Positions 29,186 through 39,640 are shown, numbered from the whole stretch's first letter. The stretch: DNA of 63,158 nucleotides, filler included, from Bdellovibrionota bacterium (GCA_963169515.1; 6 parts of 6 records of this genome joined end to end with filler, not necessarily neighbours in it); one strand, 5' to 3'. The notes: generated by a model not told the origin, from the sequence alone. A program made the numbers and translations.

Positions 29186-29739
29186 ATTGAAACTACCCGA
29201 GTATCACATTTTTTATCGTGCCATGCGCGTTTTTCAGGATCTCTGAGTGCCATCAAATAGCCAATTCCAAGTAACACCCCAGAAAAACCTTTGGCAATGG
29301 TTTCACGACCTATGATTTGTCCGATTCCAAGTTCCGAACCGCGCAAGCTTATGACCTTAATTCTCATTAACATTTTCCCAGGGCTTTGCCCTGTGAACAT
29401 CATTGGAACACACGTGACAAAAAAGATGCTTGAAAGTGCAACCAAAAGAGTAACACCCAAATAGACCATCGCCTCATCAATAGAAATGTCGCCAGCAACA
29501 CCACCCTCGGGTGGGATGAGTCCAGAATCCATCATTGCCACAATAGCCATCATTAAATTGGTGAATATTTTTCCCAAAAAACTGTCTATAAACAGCGCCA
29601 CTGCACGCGATCCAAATGAAGCGGCCGGGTAGTCGTGTGTGCTTTGGCTGTGGGCCAGTACGGGGCGTGGTCGGGTGGATTGCGGCCTAAGGCCATCAAT
29701 TCTGTCGATGTCAGGTTGGAGTTTTTTTGCACTGCTCAT
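29182..29739 (-). CDS. RDD family membrane protein
   Basis: ASFGSRAVALFID, GQSPGK, RAWHDKKCDTRVV. Confidence 0.88.
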   Translation of the reverse strand: MSSAKKLQPDIDRIDGLRPQSTRPRPVLAHSQSTHDYPAASFGSRAVALFIDSFLGKIFTNLMMAIVAMMDSGLIPPEGGVAGDISIDEAMVYLGVTLLVALSSIFFVTCVPMMFTGQSPGKMLMRIKVISLRGSELGIGQIIGRETIAKGFSGVLLGIGYLMALRDPEKRAWHDKKCDTRVVSI

Positions 29740-30445
29740 GCGGCCTCCGATATCTGGGTATTTCGCTGTTGTAAGTAATCAAATAATAATTTTTTTAGGA
29801 AAACATTATGAGTGTTCGACGTAAGTGTTTTTAGAACAGAGATATTGTATTCGTTGGGGTCAAGATGTTCCAAAATATTTTTAATCGTCTGTTGGATGTT
29901 AAGTGCCAGTTTTGAATTTGGATAGCTATGGATAAACGCAATGTAAAATGTAACAGACAACAAATATTCATTTTTTTGAACGCAAAGGTCACCCATGGTA
30001 ACAAGGTCGTTAAGGTTTCTGTATCGAAGCAGAGGTTCTAGGTTGGAGTGAGGTTGAATTCGATTTAACGCTAGTATCAATTCGTCAAATTTCTTGTTAT
30101 TAATGCAAAACTTAAAATAGACCGGAAATAATTTCGTAATTTTCATGTGCTCGGTGGCAATGGGACGTTTTGAATATCCTTCAATAAGGCTATTCATAAA
30201 ATCTTCTATGACAAGGTCATTAAAGGGGTTGAATGATAAAATCCGCAGGGCTGTTTCTGATATTTGAACCGAATTTCCTGATTTTTTGGCCGCACGCCAT
30301 TCGTCGACTTCGAATTGATAAAGAAAATTTTGATGAAGCGGGGAAAATTCTCTTAAAAAATAGCCGCAAACCATGCCAGTAATAAGGCCGCCGACGTGGG
30401 CCAGATGGGCGACACCATCTCCGAATGTAGACGTATCCCGCATGG
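29736..30445 (-). CDS. Rhomboid-family protease, C-terminal part with helical tail (5' end lost at contig end)
   Basis: GVAHLAHVGGLITG is the rhomboid catalytic-His helix. Confidence 0.7.
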
Positions 30446-30545
30446 NNNNNNNNNNNNNNNNNNNNNNNNNNNNNNNNNNNNNNNNNNNNTTAATTAATTA
30501 ANNNNNNNNNNNNNNNNNNNNNNNNNNNNNNNNNNNNNNNNNNNN
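30446..30545. other. Artificial contig spacer
   Basis: Same 100-nt N/TTAATTAATTAA/N linker. Confidence 0.98.
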
Positions 30546-31300
30546 CCGCCGCCACCGTTGCGCGTATTAGTATTTCTATCGCCACCGCCACCGCCACCGC
30601 CGTATTCCCCATCACCAGCAGCATGGTCGACATTGCTGGTGTCTGTGCCGGCAGTTCCGCCGTTGGCAGAGGAGCCGCCCCCAACCACGCCATCTTGGGC
30701 TGCACCATTGGTCGCGTCACGGAGTGAACCACGTCCGCCATCGTAGCCACCTGTTCCGCCCACGGCTCCACTTTGACATTCGCCACCCTCACCACCATTT
30801 CCGATCACGATGGTCACGGTGGAAGTGCTTGTTGTTGTTAATGTCGAATTTGTCAGGGTTACGCGGCCCCCGGTTCCGCCTGTGCCAGATGAAAATGCGG
30901 CGCCTGTTCTGGCGCCGCCGCCGCCGCCGCCGCCATTTAAGGTGCCATTTAATCGATCACACCCGCGCACGCTAAAACCCGCTACAGCACTAGTAACCTG
31001 GTAAGTTCCATTGCCGCCATTTGTTGTGCAGGCAGCGACGTTGATACCACTTGGCGGGTTAGTTAAAAACGCATCGTATTCGGCTTCAGTTTTTGTGGGG
31101 ATAAAAATGTCGTAAGTTGGGTTGGTGTTAGTAATTAATTTGCAGGTACACCACTCATTCACTTCAGTTCCTGAATCAATTGCGACAATCCCGCCGCCAG
31201 CGGCGCAGCCAGGATTTGATGACCTGCAGATGCGATACCCATCGTTAGAAGCAGCGCCCGCTGTCGACGTAATAAGCACAAGAATAACTAGCTGTTTCAT
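30546..31300 (-). CDS. Secreted glycine-rich protein with a small Cys-flanked N-terminal domain, truncated by contig end
   Basis: Signal peptide; CKLITN...IFIPTKTEAEYDAF...AAC module; GGGGGGA/GNGG repeats. Confidence 0.7.
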
Positions 31301-31333
31301 TGTAGTTTACCCGTGTTCCAGGTTGTGTGCCGA

Positions 31334-31729
31334 TTAGTTTTTTGAGGGCAGATCGGGTTGCACGACAGAGGTTACCTTTACGATCCTTTTTTTTCCGCTT
31401 GGGACAGGCCATTCTATTTCCTGCCCGACACGCAAGCCAATAAGTGCCGAACCAATCGGAGCAAGTATCGAGATGCAGTTTTTCTCTGCATTTGCTTCAT
31501 GTGGGTAAACGAGGGTGATATTTGACTCCTTACCGGTGTCCATATCTTTGAATGTTACTTGAGAATTCATATTAACCCGGTCCTCAGGGAGTTCAGAGAA
31601 GGGAACAAGCTGAGCTCGGCCGAGTTCTTCTTCGAGAAGATGAGCTGGATTACCAGCGGATTGCGGCAACAGCTGCATAATCGATTTGAAATCTTCATGA
31701 CTAATAACGAGAGATGGATTTTGTTTCAT
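31334..31729 (-). CDS. rnk: Regulator of nucleoside diphosphate kinase (GreA/GreB family)
   Basis: LEEELGRA, VNMNSQV, TLVYP, ISILAPIGSALIGL..GQEIEWP. Confidence 0.88.
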   Translation of the reverse strand: MKQNPSLVISHEDFKSIMQLLPQSAGNPAHLLEEELGRAQLVPFSELPEDRVNMNSQVTFKDMDTGKESNITLVYPHEANAEKNCISILAPIGSALIGLRVGQEIEWPVPSGKKRIVKVTSVVQPDLPSKN

Positions 31730-32049
31730 AGCGTGGTCCTCTATCTAACAGCATAATATAGTCTATTCTTAGTTGAAATCAACTACCACACGCACTTGCA
31801 GATGTTGATTTAAATAGCAAAATGTGTCTGTTTACTAATTTTGAATTACAAGCTGGTTACATACAAAAATGGTAAGTAATATCATATACTTAGAAATATA
31901 TAATTTGTAATTGAGCGACTAATTTAAAGAGTTTTCAGTGGCAAGCTCTTGAAACACCCGTAATTCTAATTTAGAGTTTGCGTACACCTGGACAAGATGC
32001 ACAGAGCGCAGTTGTTTATACGCTCACATCGAACAAAGGAGCTACCTCA

Positions 32050-33036
32050 ATGAAGAAGTTTTCTGCCATGATTGCCACATTATTTGTTCTCATTATGTCC
32101 GGGGGTGCAATTGGTGCTAATTCTGGAGAAAATTCTTTTCAATTAAAATGTGCGGCCTGCCATTCCATTGGCGGTGGTGATCAGATTGGACCAGACCTGA
32201 TGGGTGTCACAAAACGACGTGATCCAAATTGGTTGTCTCAGTGGATCATTCATCCAGATAAAATGCTCAACGAAAAAGATCCCATCGCAATGGAGTTATT
32301 AAAAAAGTACAACCAGGTTCCGATGCCGAACCTTGGCGTAACTGAAGCTGAGGCTCGTGATCTGATAGACTACATCGCCGCTCAAAGCGAAACTCAAAAA
32401 AAAGATTCAGCGGTGCCTGCCCAGCAAACAACCCAAGAGCCACCGTCAGCAGGTGTGTTTTTTGGGGGGCTGAAAGGGGTTCAACTGACAGCGCTTGTTG
32501 TCTTTTTTGTCCTATCGACGATTGTTGTCTTTGTTTTTTGGCAAATCGCAAAGTCAACAAGGCAACCTGTTCCTACCATTGATATGAAATCTGCCTACAA
32601 ACTACGTAAATGGTTTTTCTTTGGGACGGCCGTCCTTGTTTTTGGTACACTTATAGCAACCCTTCCAAAAACGCCGTATCCTGATGACTTTCAGACTCCG
32701 GACCGATTGGTGTATGTAGCAGCCAAACAGTTTGGCTTTTCATTTAGCTCCGAGCCCATCACGTCCGCATCAGATGCTGGGCAAAGCACGATTATAAACT
32801 CATTAGAACTTCCCCAAGGGGCGTTGATTGAATTTCGAGTAACAAGCCTAGATGTAAACCATGGCTTTGCGCTCTACGATGCGGACCATTCAATCATCGC
32901 GCAAACGCAAGCTATGCCGGGTTATACAAATCGTCTTCGCGTTCGGTTTCCGAAGCCTGGAACATATCAAATTCTTTGTCTTGAATATTGTGGATTAGCA
33001 CACCATCTAATGCACGCGGCGGTGACAGTTCGTTAG
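32050..33036 (+). CDS. Cytochrome c fused to a CuA-containing subunit II (NorS-like)
   Basis: Signal peptide, CAACH with PMP Met ligand, two TM helices, DVNHGF and CLEYCGLAHHLM CuA motif. Confidence 0.88.
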   Translation: MKKFSAMIATLFVLIMSGGAIGANSGENSFQLKCAACHSIGGGDQIGPDLMGVTKRRDPNWLSQWIIHPDKMLNEKDPIAMELLKKYNQVPMPNLGVTEAEARDLIDYIAAQSETQKKDSAVPAQQTTQEPPSAGVFFGGLKGVQLTALVVFFVLSTIVVFVFWQIAKSTRQPVPTIDMKSAYKLRKWFFFGTAVLVFGTLIATLPKTPYPDDFQTPDRLVYVAAKQFGFSFSSEPITSASDAGQSTIINSLELPQGALIEFRVTSLDVNHGFALYDADHSIIAQTQAMPGYTNRLRVRFPKPGTYQILCLEYCGLAHHLMHAAVTVR

Positions 33037-33059
33037 CAACTTAGTGAAAGGAAGATTTC

Positions 33060-34478
33060 ATGAATCTCGCGCATAAAAATACTCTGAACTGGATTATGGT
33101 CACTTTTGTTTTGTTTATTGTTTTATTGTTGGCCGGAATGTTTATGAGAATTATTCAAGCCAATATGTTTTCTTCAGCCCAATCCTGGTTTTATCCGATG
33201 ATGACGCTTCATGGGGTGGGAATGGCAGGTCTCTGGTGGGTCGCTTCTATCGCCTGTGCTTCGCGAGTTTTGTCACGGTATACGGCTCCGAGTGAGTGCG
33301 TTTCCAGATTTGCACTTTATGGGACGGTGTTAGGTGTTTTATTTCTTCTTGCCAGTGTATTTTTGGGACAGTTCGCAGCGGGTTGGTATTTTCTGTACCC
33401 CTTGCCATTCAAAGGCGGATGGCCGACATGGGCCACGTTAAGTTTCCTACTCTCGATCACGATTCTCGGTGCGACATGGTTGGTTTGGATATTGGATTTA
33501 TTACGATCGATAGCGAAAAAATATACAATTGGGCAAGCATTGGGTTGGCACTATATTTTAGGAAAAACTGGTCCGGACGTCCCGCCGGCAGTCTTGATTA
33601 CTGCGGTTAGCTTGATCGCGGGTGTGGCTTGTTTGCTTTCAGGGGTGGTCGTTTTATTATTTTTTTATTATGAAATGCTAACAGGCGTTGCTAACGATGC
33701 CCTTTTAATGAAAAATCTTACGTTTCTTTTCGGGCATCTATTGGTGAATCTCAGTCTTTATTTGGCTGTTGCCGCAGTTTATGATGTTTTTCCTAGTTAT
33801 ACGGGACGGCCATGGCCTTCAAATAAGATTGTCGCTATATCATGGAATAGCGTTTTAGTGATCGTGCTTTTAGCATATTTTCACCACCTGTATATGGATT
33901 TTGTTCAACCGACTTATTTTCAATATGTTGGTCAAATTGCATCGTATATGAGCTCTATTCCTGCCGCTGTCGTAACTGTTTTTGGAGCCATCGCGCTTGT
34001 TTATCGTGCGCCAGTGCGCTGGAGTTTGGGGTTCACACTTATGTTCTTTGGCCTAATGGGATGGGGAATAGGCGGCATTGGCGCAGTTATAGACTCCACA
34101 ATCGCAGTTAATTCAAAGTTACATAATACGCTTTGGGTTCCTGCACATTTTCACACTTACATGATTGAGGGGCTTGTGCTTATGGTGTTGGGTTACTTCT
34201 ATCATTATTGTCAGGAAAAAACTAAACTGCAGGAAAACCTGTATTTTCAAAAAATAATCGCAGCACTAATTCTGGTTGGTGGCTATGGATTTTTGTTAAT
34301 GTTTTATTTGTCAGGGGCTCACTCGATACCGCGAAGATTCGCAGTTTATCCGGCTGACCTATCAAGTGGGGCGCAGCTTTCTGGCATTGCCTTGATTTTT
34401 ATCTCGATTTTCCTTTTAGGTTTAGTCCTCTACATATACGAAACAGGTCGCCGGTGGGTAAAGTCACTTGACGTTTAA
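33060..34478 (+). CDS. Heme-copper oxidase superfamily subunit I, sNOR/NorY-like
   Basis: About 12 TM helices; six His ligands (TLHG, FGH, FHH, HFH); FGHLLVN in place of canonical GHPxVY. Confidence 0.82.
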   Translation: MNLAHKNTLNWIMVTFVLFIVLLLAGMFMRIIQANMFSSAQSWFYPMMTLHGVGMAGLWWVASIACASRVLSRYTAPSECVSRFALYGTVLGVLFLLASVFLGQFAAGWYFLYPLPFKGGWPTWATLSFLLSITILGATWLVWILDLLRSIAKKYTIGQALGWHYILGKTGPDVPPAVLITAVSLIAGVACLLSGVVVLLFFYYEMLTGVANDALLMKNLTFLFGHLLVNLSLYLAVAAVYDVFPSYTGRPWPSNKIVAISWNSVLVIVLLAYFHHLYMDFVQPTYFQYVGQIASYMSSIPAAVVTVFGAIALVYRAPVRWSLGFTLMFFGLMGWGIGGIGAVIDSTIAVNSKLHNTLWVPAHFHTYMIEGLVLMVLGYFYHYCQEKTKLQENLYFQKIIAALILVGGYGFLLMFYLSGAHSIPRRFAVYPADLSSGAQLSGIALIFISIFLLGLVLYIYETGRRWVKSLDV

Positions 34479-35283
34479 TTTTACAAGTTTAAAAAGTCGG
34501 ACTGTATGGATTAAAATATTTTTGCTTCTGACAGTCGTTTTTATAATTGCTCCCCTAAAGGCCCAAGAGCAGGAAAAGGAAATTCTAGAAAAGGTATCAA
34601 AAAGTCTTTACAACCAAGTCCCTGATGTTGAAATTTCTCTGCCAAACAATCAAAAACTTTTGCTATCTGAACTTTGGAAAGATAAGCCTGTTTTGATTAA
34701 CTTTTTTTATCGGGAGTGTACGGGGACTTGTAACCCCTTCCTCCGTTCGCTGAAGACCACTGTGGAAAAGGTCGGTGGAATTAGCGAAGATTATCGTATT
34801 CTCAGCCTCAGTTTTGATCCAAAAGATGGGCCTCGTGAGGTCGCTGCAATGGCCGAAGCTGTTGGGGTTGAAAAACAAAAAGATTGGATGTTTGGGACTA
34901 TCAAGCCAATAGATATCCAAAAAATTTCTGATGCCATAGGGTTTTGGTATAGATTAGACAGTAAAACTGGACAATTTGATCACGCTTCTTCTATTACGGC
35001 TGTTCGCAATGGGAAGGTTATTCGAGTTTTACTTGGGAGCCTAGTTACGCCTACACGCTTTAGAGATATGCTATATGAGCTCAAAGGGACCTTTGTCCCT
35101 ACGTATTCCAATCCGGGAGAAAATGTTTTGTTTCGCTGCTTTCGAGTTGATGAGCTTTCGAAAAGTGTGAAGTTCGGTTGGGGGATGCTAATTTTATTTA
35201 TACCTGGCTTCTGCGCGCTATTAATTGCGGGAGTTTTATTCCACAAAAGTTCTCACAGCCGAGAGCCAATGGGGCTATCTTAA
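34468..35283 (+). CDS. SCO/SenC family copper chaperone
   Basis: FFYRECTGTC (CxxxC), SLSFDP, QFDH; C-terminal TM helix. Confidence 0.88.
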   Translation: MTFNFTSLKSRTVWIKIFLLLTVVFIIAPLKAQEQEKEILEKVSKSLYNQVPDVEISLPNNQKLLLSELWKDKPVLINFFYRECTGTCNPFLRSLKTTVEKVGGISEDYRILSLSFDPKDGPREVAAMAEAVGVEKQKDWMFGTIKPIDIQKISDAIGFWYRLDSKTGQFDHASSITAVRNGKVIRVLLGSLVTPTRFRDMLYELKGTFVPTYSNPGENVLFRCFRVDELSKSVKFGWGMLILFIPGFCALLIAGVLFHKSSHSREPMGLS

Positions 35284-35781
35284 CAATGAAACCTTGACAT
35301 ATCGGACGACGCAAAACGTACTTTGCAGCAGAGAGCCCCCGAGGCTCACTCGGGCAGCGATGTTGGACTTGTCACTCACCACTTTCTGCAATTGACCAAG
35401 GCACGCGGTATGTTCTTGCAAGCTTTTCTCTGAAACCCACCAATCTTGTTTGGTGGATTTGCGTTTAAAACCAAACGCTGAGTTTCCGGATCGAATTTTG
35501 ACGATGCAGTAAAGAGAGCGGCCGAATTGTCCCTGAATTCCATCCAGAATTTGACTTAGACTGGTTTCAACCACGACATTGCCCATTGTCCCCACTGCGT
35601 TTTCAAACTCGGTAACTTCTTCGCGAAGGGCCTTTCCGTAGGAAGTGCACCACTGCTCTGGATAGGCGACGCCGTCAACGTAGATGTTGTATTCGATTGA
35701 TGAACTGTTTTTGTTTAGAGCGTAAGCGGATATTGAAAAAAGTAGCATAGTGCAGACAAAACCAGTCACTTTAAGTGTCAT
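35275..35781 (-). CDS. Secreted Cys-containing hypothetical protein
   Basis: 168-aa ORF with signal peptide (..SISAYA) and AAAGGG SD. Confidence 0.65.
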   Translation of the reverse strand: MTLKVTGFVCTMLLFSISAYALNKNSSSIEYNIYVDGVAYPEQWCTSYGKALREEVTEFENAVGTMGNVVVETSLSQILDGIQGQFGRSLYCIVKIRSGNSAFGFKRKSTKQDWWVSEKSLQEHTACLGQLQKVVSDKSNIAARVSLGGSLLQSTFCVVRYVKVSLLR

Positions 35782-35815
35782 AAATCACCCTTTCGGCAAG
35801 TTGAGAGAGTTAAAA

Positions 35816-35830
35816 GCAATGTACGTGCCT
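35816..35830 (-). promoter_or_regulatory. Sigma54 -24/-12 promoter
   Basis: Minus strand AGGCACGTACATTGC (GG-N10-GC) 34 nt upstream of ATG 35781. Confidence 0.6.
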
Positions 35831-35838
35831 GAGCCATG

Positions 35839-36040
35839 ATAACTGGCCCACTTGTCTGTTGGTGCGATCGCCTTGATACAAACTGACTTATTGTTTTTCT
35901 TGCAAAAATCTCGAACAGCCCTCAGGCAGCATCGCTCGCTACTGTGAGTATTGCATCTTGAGGAACTCGTTTTTACAAGAAAAACAATAGGTTAGTTGGT
36001 CTCTGAACTTTCTTTACCAACAGGCAAGTGGGCCAGTTAT
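35839..36040 (+). ncRNA. Candidate 202-nt rod-like structured RNA (or palindromic element)
   Basis: Stems 35839-35863 / 36016-36040 and 35881-35908 / 35970-35997, plus inner CCTCAGG/CTTGAGG; four non-canonical pairs are G-U on the + strand, one on the - strand. Confidence 0.5.
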
Positions 36041-36305
36041 AGAAATTCAGCGCTCCAATTCTAATAATCGGTAGGTTTTTTCCTCTGAAAGCCAATGCGC
36101 GGCATGGTTTAGTCTGAGGGCCCTATTTGACATGATCCTAGTTTCTAGATACGAATTTTAGGTTGAAAAATTGTCCTATTTACAATAGCCACGATGAGGC
36201 CGAACTTTGACGCTGCTCGACTTTTTTGCATCCAGCTAGCCTTAGTGTAAATGGCTAGGACACCAATTGACGTTGCAGGCTTAAATTTAATGGAGAAGTT
36301 TAGTT

Positions 36306-37289
36306 ATGAGTAAGAAAGTTCTTGTAGTGGGTGGCGCTGGGTATATTGGCGGTTGTTTAACAGATAAACTCATCGATCATGGATACGAAGTCACTGTTTA
36401 CGACAATCTTTTATACGAAGATTATTATTTTAAAGAAGTGCCTTTTGCCTTTGGTGACGTTCGCGACACTGCCAAGTTAGTCAAACTGCAAAAAGATTTC
36501 GACACCATCATTTGGCTTGCAGCTTTGGTTGGTGATGGGGCTTGCGCTCAAGATCCAGCGCTTACACATGAGATTAATACTGCCGCGGTGGAGAACTTCT
36601 TAAATGCAACAAAACGTCGAATCATCTTCCCTTCGACCTGCTCGGTTTATGGAGCACAGGATGGTATTTTGAACGAAGATTCCCCGACCAAGCCATTGTC
36701 GGTCTATGCAGATACAAAACTGGCCGCTGAAAAGGCAGTTCTTAAACATGGTGGATTGGCATTTCGATTGGGAACCTTGTTTGGATTAGGGGATCTTTTT
36801 TCTAGACTGCGCTTAGATCTTGTTGTGAATGTTTTGACCTTTAAAGCACTACAGGAGCGACAGATCACCGTGTTCGGTGGTGATCAGTGGCGACCAATTA
36901 TCGCAGTCCGGGACGTCGCAGAGTATTTTGTTGAGGCGGTGGAAAGCGATAAAGTCGGTGTTTATAATCTTGGCAAAGAAAACGTAAGGATTAAAGACTT
37001 GGCTCCAATCTACAAAGAGTGCTTCCCTGATTTAAAGGTAAATATCGTTGATTCAAAGTTTGAAGATCTTCGAAACTATCAGGTATCCACTCAGCGCGCT
37101 TTGGATAATTTTAAATTCCGACCTAAAATTATCGTTGCAGAGGAAGTGGGTCGAATGCTGACGCTCTTGTCAGAGCATCGAATTAAAAATCCATTCGATC
37201 CGATTTATTATAACGCTCAATTCGTACGCGATGCCTTGTCGAGCATTAAAGATATTACTCAGCCAAGAATTAATCTGGGGGAGCTATGA
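36306..37289 (+). CDS. NAD-dependent epimerase/dehydratase (extended SDR)
   Basis: GGAGYIG, STCSVYG, YADTK. Confidence 0.9.
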   Translation: MSKKVLVVGGAGYIGGCLTDKLIDHGYEVTVYDNLLYEDYYFKEVPFAFGDVRDTAKLVKLQKDFDTIIWLAALVGDGACAQDPALTHEINTAAVENFLNATKRRIIFPSTCSVYGAQDGILNEDSPTKPLSVYADTKLAAEKAVLKHGGLAFRLGTLFGLGDLFSRLRLDLVVNVLTFKALQERQITVFGGDQWRPIIAVRDVAEYFVEAVESDKVGVYNLGKENVRIKDLAPIYKECFPDLKVNIVDSKFEDLRNYQVSTQRALDNFKFRPKIIVAEEVGRMLTLLSEHRIKNPFDPIYYNAQFVRDALSSIKDITQPRINLGEL

Positions 37290-37732
37290 TGGATTTAAAA
37301 GTTTACGATGGCGGGTCGGGTGTTGATGATCGAGGGACAGTTTCTTTTGTTAATGGCTTTAACTTTCCTGATGTTAAGCGGTTTTACATGGTCAGCAATT
37401 TTAACTGTGACACCATTCGTGCTTTTCATGGACATGAGAAGGAGGGCAAATATATATTTGTTGCATCCGGCACAGCTATCTTGTGTGCAGTTAAAATGGA
37501 CGACAAGGTAAATCCAAATAAGAAAAATCCTGTCAATCGCTATGTTCTATCAGCTCGCAAGCCATGTGTAGTTTTCATCCCAGCGGGATATGCAAATGGA
37601 TTTCGTTCACTAGAGGACGACACCAAAATTGTCTTTTTTTCGACTTCAACACTGGAGGAGTCTAAGGGAGATGATTACAGATTTCCTGCTGATTATTGGG
37701 GTCAGCAAATCTGGGAAGTTGAAAATCGGTAG
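37286..37732 (+). CDS. Cupin, dTDP-sugar 3,5-epimerase / isomerase-like
   Basis: DDRG, IRAFHGH, IPAGYANGF. Confidence 0.8.
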   Translation: MMDLKVYDGGSGVDDRGTVSFVNGFNFPDVKRFYMVSNFNCDTIRAFHGHEKEGKYIFVASGTAILCAVKMDDKVNPNKKNPVNRYVLSARKPCVVFIPAGYANGFRSLEDDTKIVFFSTSTLEESKGDDYRFPADYWGQQIWEVENR

Positions 37733-37760
37733 CTACAGCTTAGATATCTTGAGGTAATTT

Positions 37761-38630
37761 ATGGCGCAGACAAAAATTTTAGTGCTTGGTTCTACAGGAA
37801 TGCTTGGCTGGGTGGTAAAGGACTACCTTGAGAAGAATTCAAATTTCAATGTGGTCGGTACCACTCGAGAAAAGAGCAATGGTTCAATCTTGTTTGATGC
37901 AGAATCCTTTAAGGGGGAAGCAAGTTCTCTTGGTGACTTTGCTTATGTCATCAACTGTATTGGAATCATTAAGCCCTACTGCAAGGACAATGATCCTGCA
38001 GGTGTGCAGAGAGCGATTAATGTAAATGGTCGTTTCCCTTGGCTGCTTGCCAAAGCTGCAGATGAATCGGGCGCCAAAGTGATTCAAATCGCGACTGACT
38101 GTGTTTATTCAGGAACTAAGGGTGGTTATGTCGAGAGCGATCTTCACGATGCTTTGGATGTATATGGTAAAACAAAAAGTCTGGGAGAGGTTTTTAGCAG
38201 TAGTAACTTTTTAAATGTGCGCTGCTCGATTATTGGCCCTGAGAAAAAAGGCAAACTCAGTCTTTTAGAGTGGTTTTTGGCGCAGCCATCTGGAGCGGCT
38301 CTCAGTGGATTTTCGCATCACCTTTGGAATGGCGTTACGACCCTCCAGTTTGCCGAGTTATGTGAAAAAATAATCCAGAAGAATCTATTTACGGAGCTTC
38401 GAAAAGTGGCTTCCCATCATCACTTTGTACCAAATAACATCGTGAACAAGTATGAACTGCTGAACTTAATGGCAAAGGTGTTTAATCGAAGCTATCAGAT
38501 TAAAAATGTAAGCGATGTGGGTCCACGTGTAGACCGTACATTAGGAACAAAGCTTGGTGCGCTCAAAGAAATTTACGAAAGTAAAACAATTGAGCAGGCT
38601 TTGATCGACATCAAATCACGTTGCCAATGA
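37761..38630 (+). CDS. dTDP-4-dehydrorhamnose reductase (RfbD)-like protein
   Basis: GSTGMLG, INCIG, ATDCVYSG, YGKTKSLGE. Confidence 0.85.
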   Translation: MAQTKILVLGSTGMLGWVVKDYLEKNSNFNVVGTTREKSNGSILFDAESFKGEASSLGDFAYVINCIGIIKPYCKDNDPAGVQRAINVNGRFPWLLAKAADESGAKVIQIATDCVYSGTKGGYVESDLHDALDVYGKTKSLGEVFSSSNFLNVRCSIIGPEKKGKLSLLEWFLAQPSGAALSGFSHHLWNGVTTLQFAELCEKIIQKNLFTELRKVASHHHFVPNNIVNKYELLNLMAKVFNRSYQIKNVSDVGPRVDRTLGTKLGALKEIYESKTIEQALIDIKSRCQ

Positions 38631-39540
38631 TATACGATTTTACGGTATTGGGTGCCGGTCTTGTTGGGCTAGGAACTGCCCGAGAGCTGAAAAAACGTTT
38701 CCCCAAATCCAGTATTTTAGTCATTGAGAAAGAAGCTGAGATTTGTCAGCACCAATCTGGTCGAAATAGCGGTGTGATTCATTCAGGAATTTACTATAAG
38801 CCGGGTAGTTATAAGGCTCGCTTTTGCTCTCAGGGGCGAGATTCGATGACTGAGTTCTGCATCGAAAACAAGATAAAGATAGATCGATGCGGGAAATTAA
38901 TTGTCACAAGTTTTCCAGAAGAGTTGCCACGCTTGGATGCCTTAAAGGAACGGGGTTTGGCCAATGGGATTGAAGTTTTTGAGCTGGATGCTAGGCAATC
39001 GAAGGAAATTGAACCAAATGTTGAATGTATTAAGTCTCTTTGGATAAAGTCGACTGCAATTTGTGATTTCAAAGAAGTCGCGAAGGCCCATTTTGCACAT
39101 CTGAATGATACAGGTGTGAGGGTTCAACTTTCAGCCGAGCTTCTTAATATTCAAGAAAACAGCCAAAATAGAACCTATTTCCTGCACACCAAGGCTGGCA
39201 AATTTCAAACAAAAATGCTTGTGAATTGTGGCGGCCTTCATTCTGACCGAGTTGCAAAACTTTGTGGCTTGCAACCACGAGTTCGTATTGTGCCCTTTCG
39301 TGGAGAATACTACCACCTTCGCCATGGGTTGGAGAATCTTATCAAAGGGATGATTTACCCTGTTCCAAATCCGGACTTTCCTTTTTTGGGAGTTCACCTC
39401 ACCAGAGGGATTGCGGGTGATATTCATGCGGGTCCGAATGCGGTATTGGCTTTTAAGCGTGAGGGCTATACCTGGGGTGACATTAGTATCAGGGATTTGT
39501 CAGAGATTTTGTTGTTTCCCGCATTTTGGAAGTTTTCATC
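38627..39540 (+). CDS. lhgO: L-2-hydroxyglutarate oxidase-like FAD oxidoreductase, truncated by contig end
   Basis: GAGLVG, HQSGRNSGVIHSGIYYKPGS, PFRGEYY, PFLGVH, GPNA. Confidence 0.88.
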
Positions 39541-39640
39541 NNNNNNNNNNNNNNNNNNNNNNNNNNNNNNNNNNNNNNNNNNNNTTAATTAATTAANNNN
39601 NNNNNNNNNNNNNNNNNNNNNNNNNNNNNNNNNNNNNNNN
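39541..39640. other. Artificial contig spacer
   Basis: Same 100-nt linker. Confidence 0.98.

Noticed and set aside
30546..30935. GCC/CCG triplet runs
   Set aside because: Explained by poly-Gly codons of the glycine-rich protein.
31805..31818. FNR/DNR box upstream of the sNOR-like operon (TTGATTTAAATAGC)
   Set aside because: Only one half-site matches, in very AT-rich DNA.
35836..36042. attC reading of the long hairpin (..TAAC / GTTA..)
   Set aside because: Longer than typical attC sites, poor RYYYAAC/GTTRRRY match, single copy, no integrase in the window.
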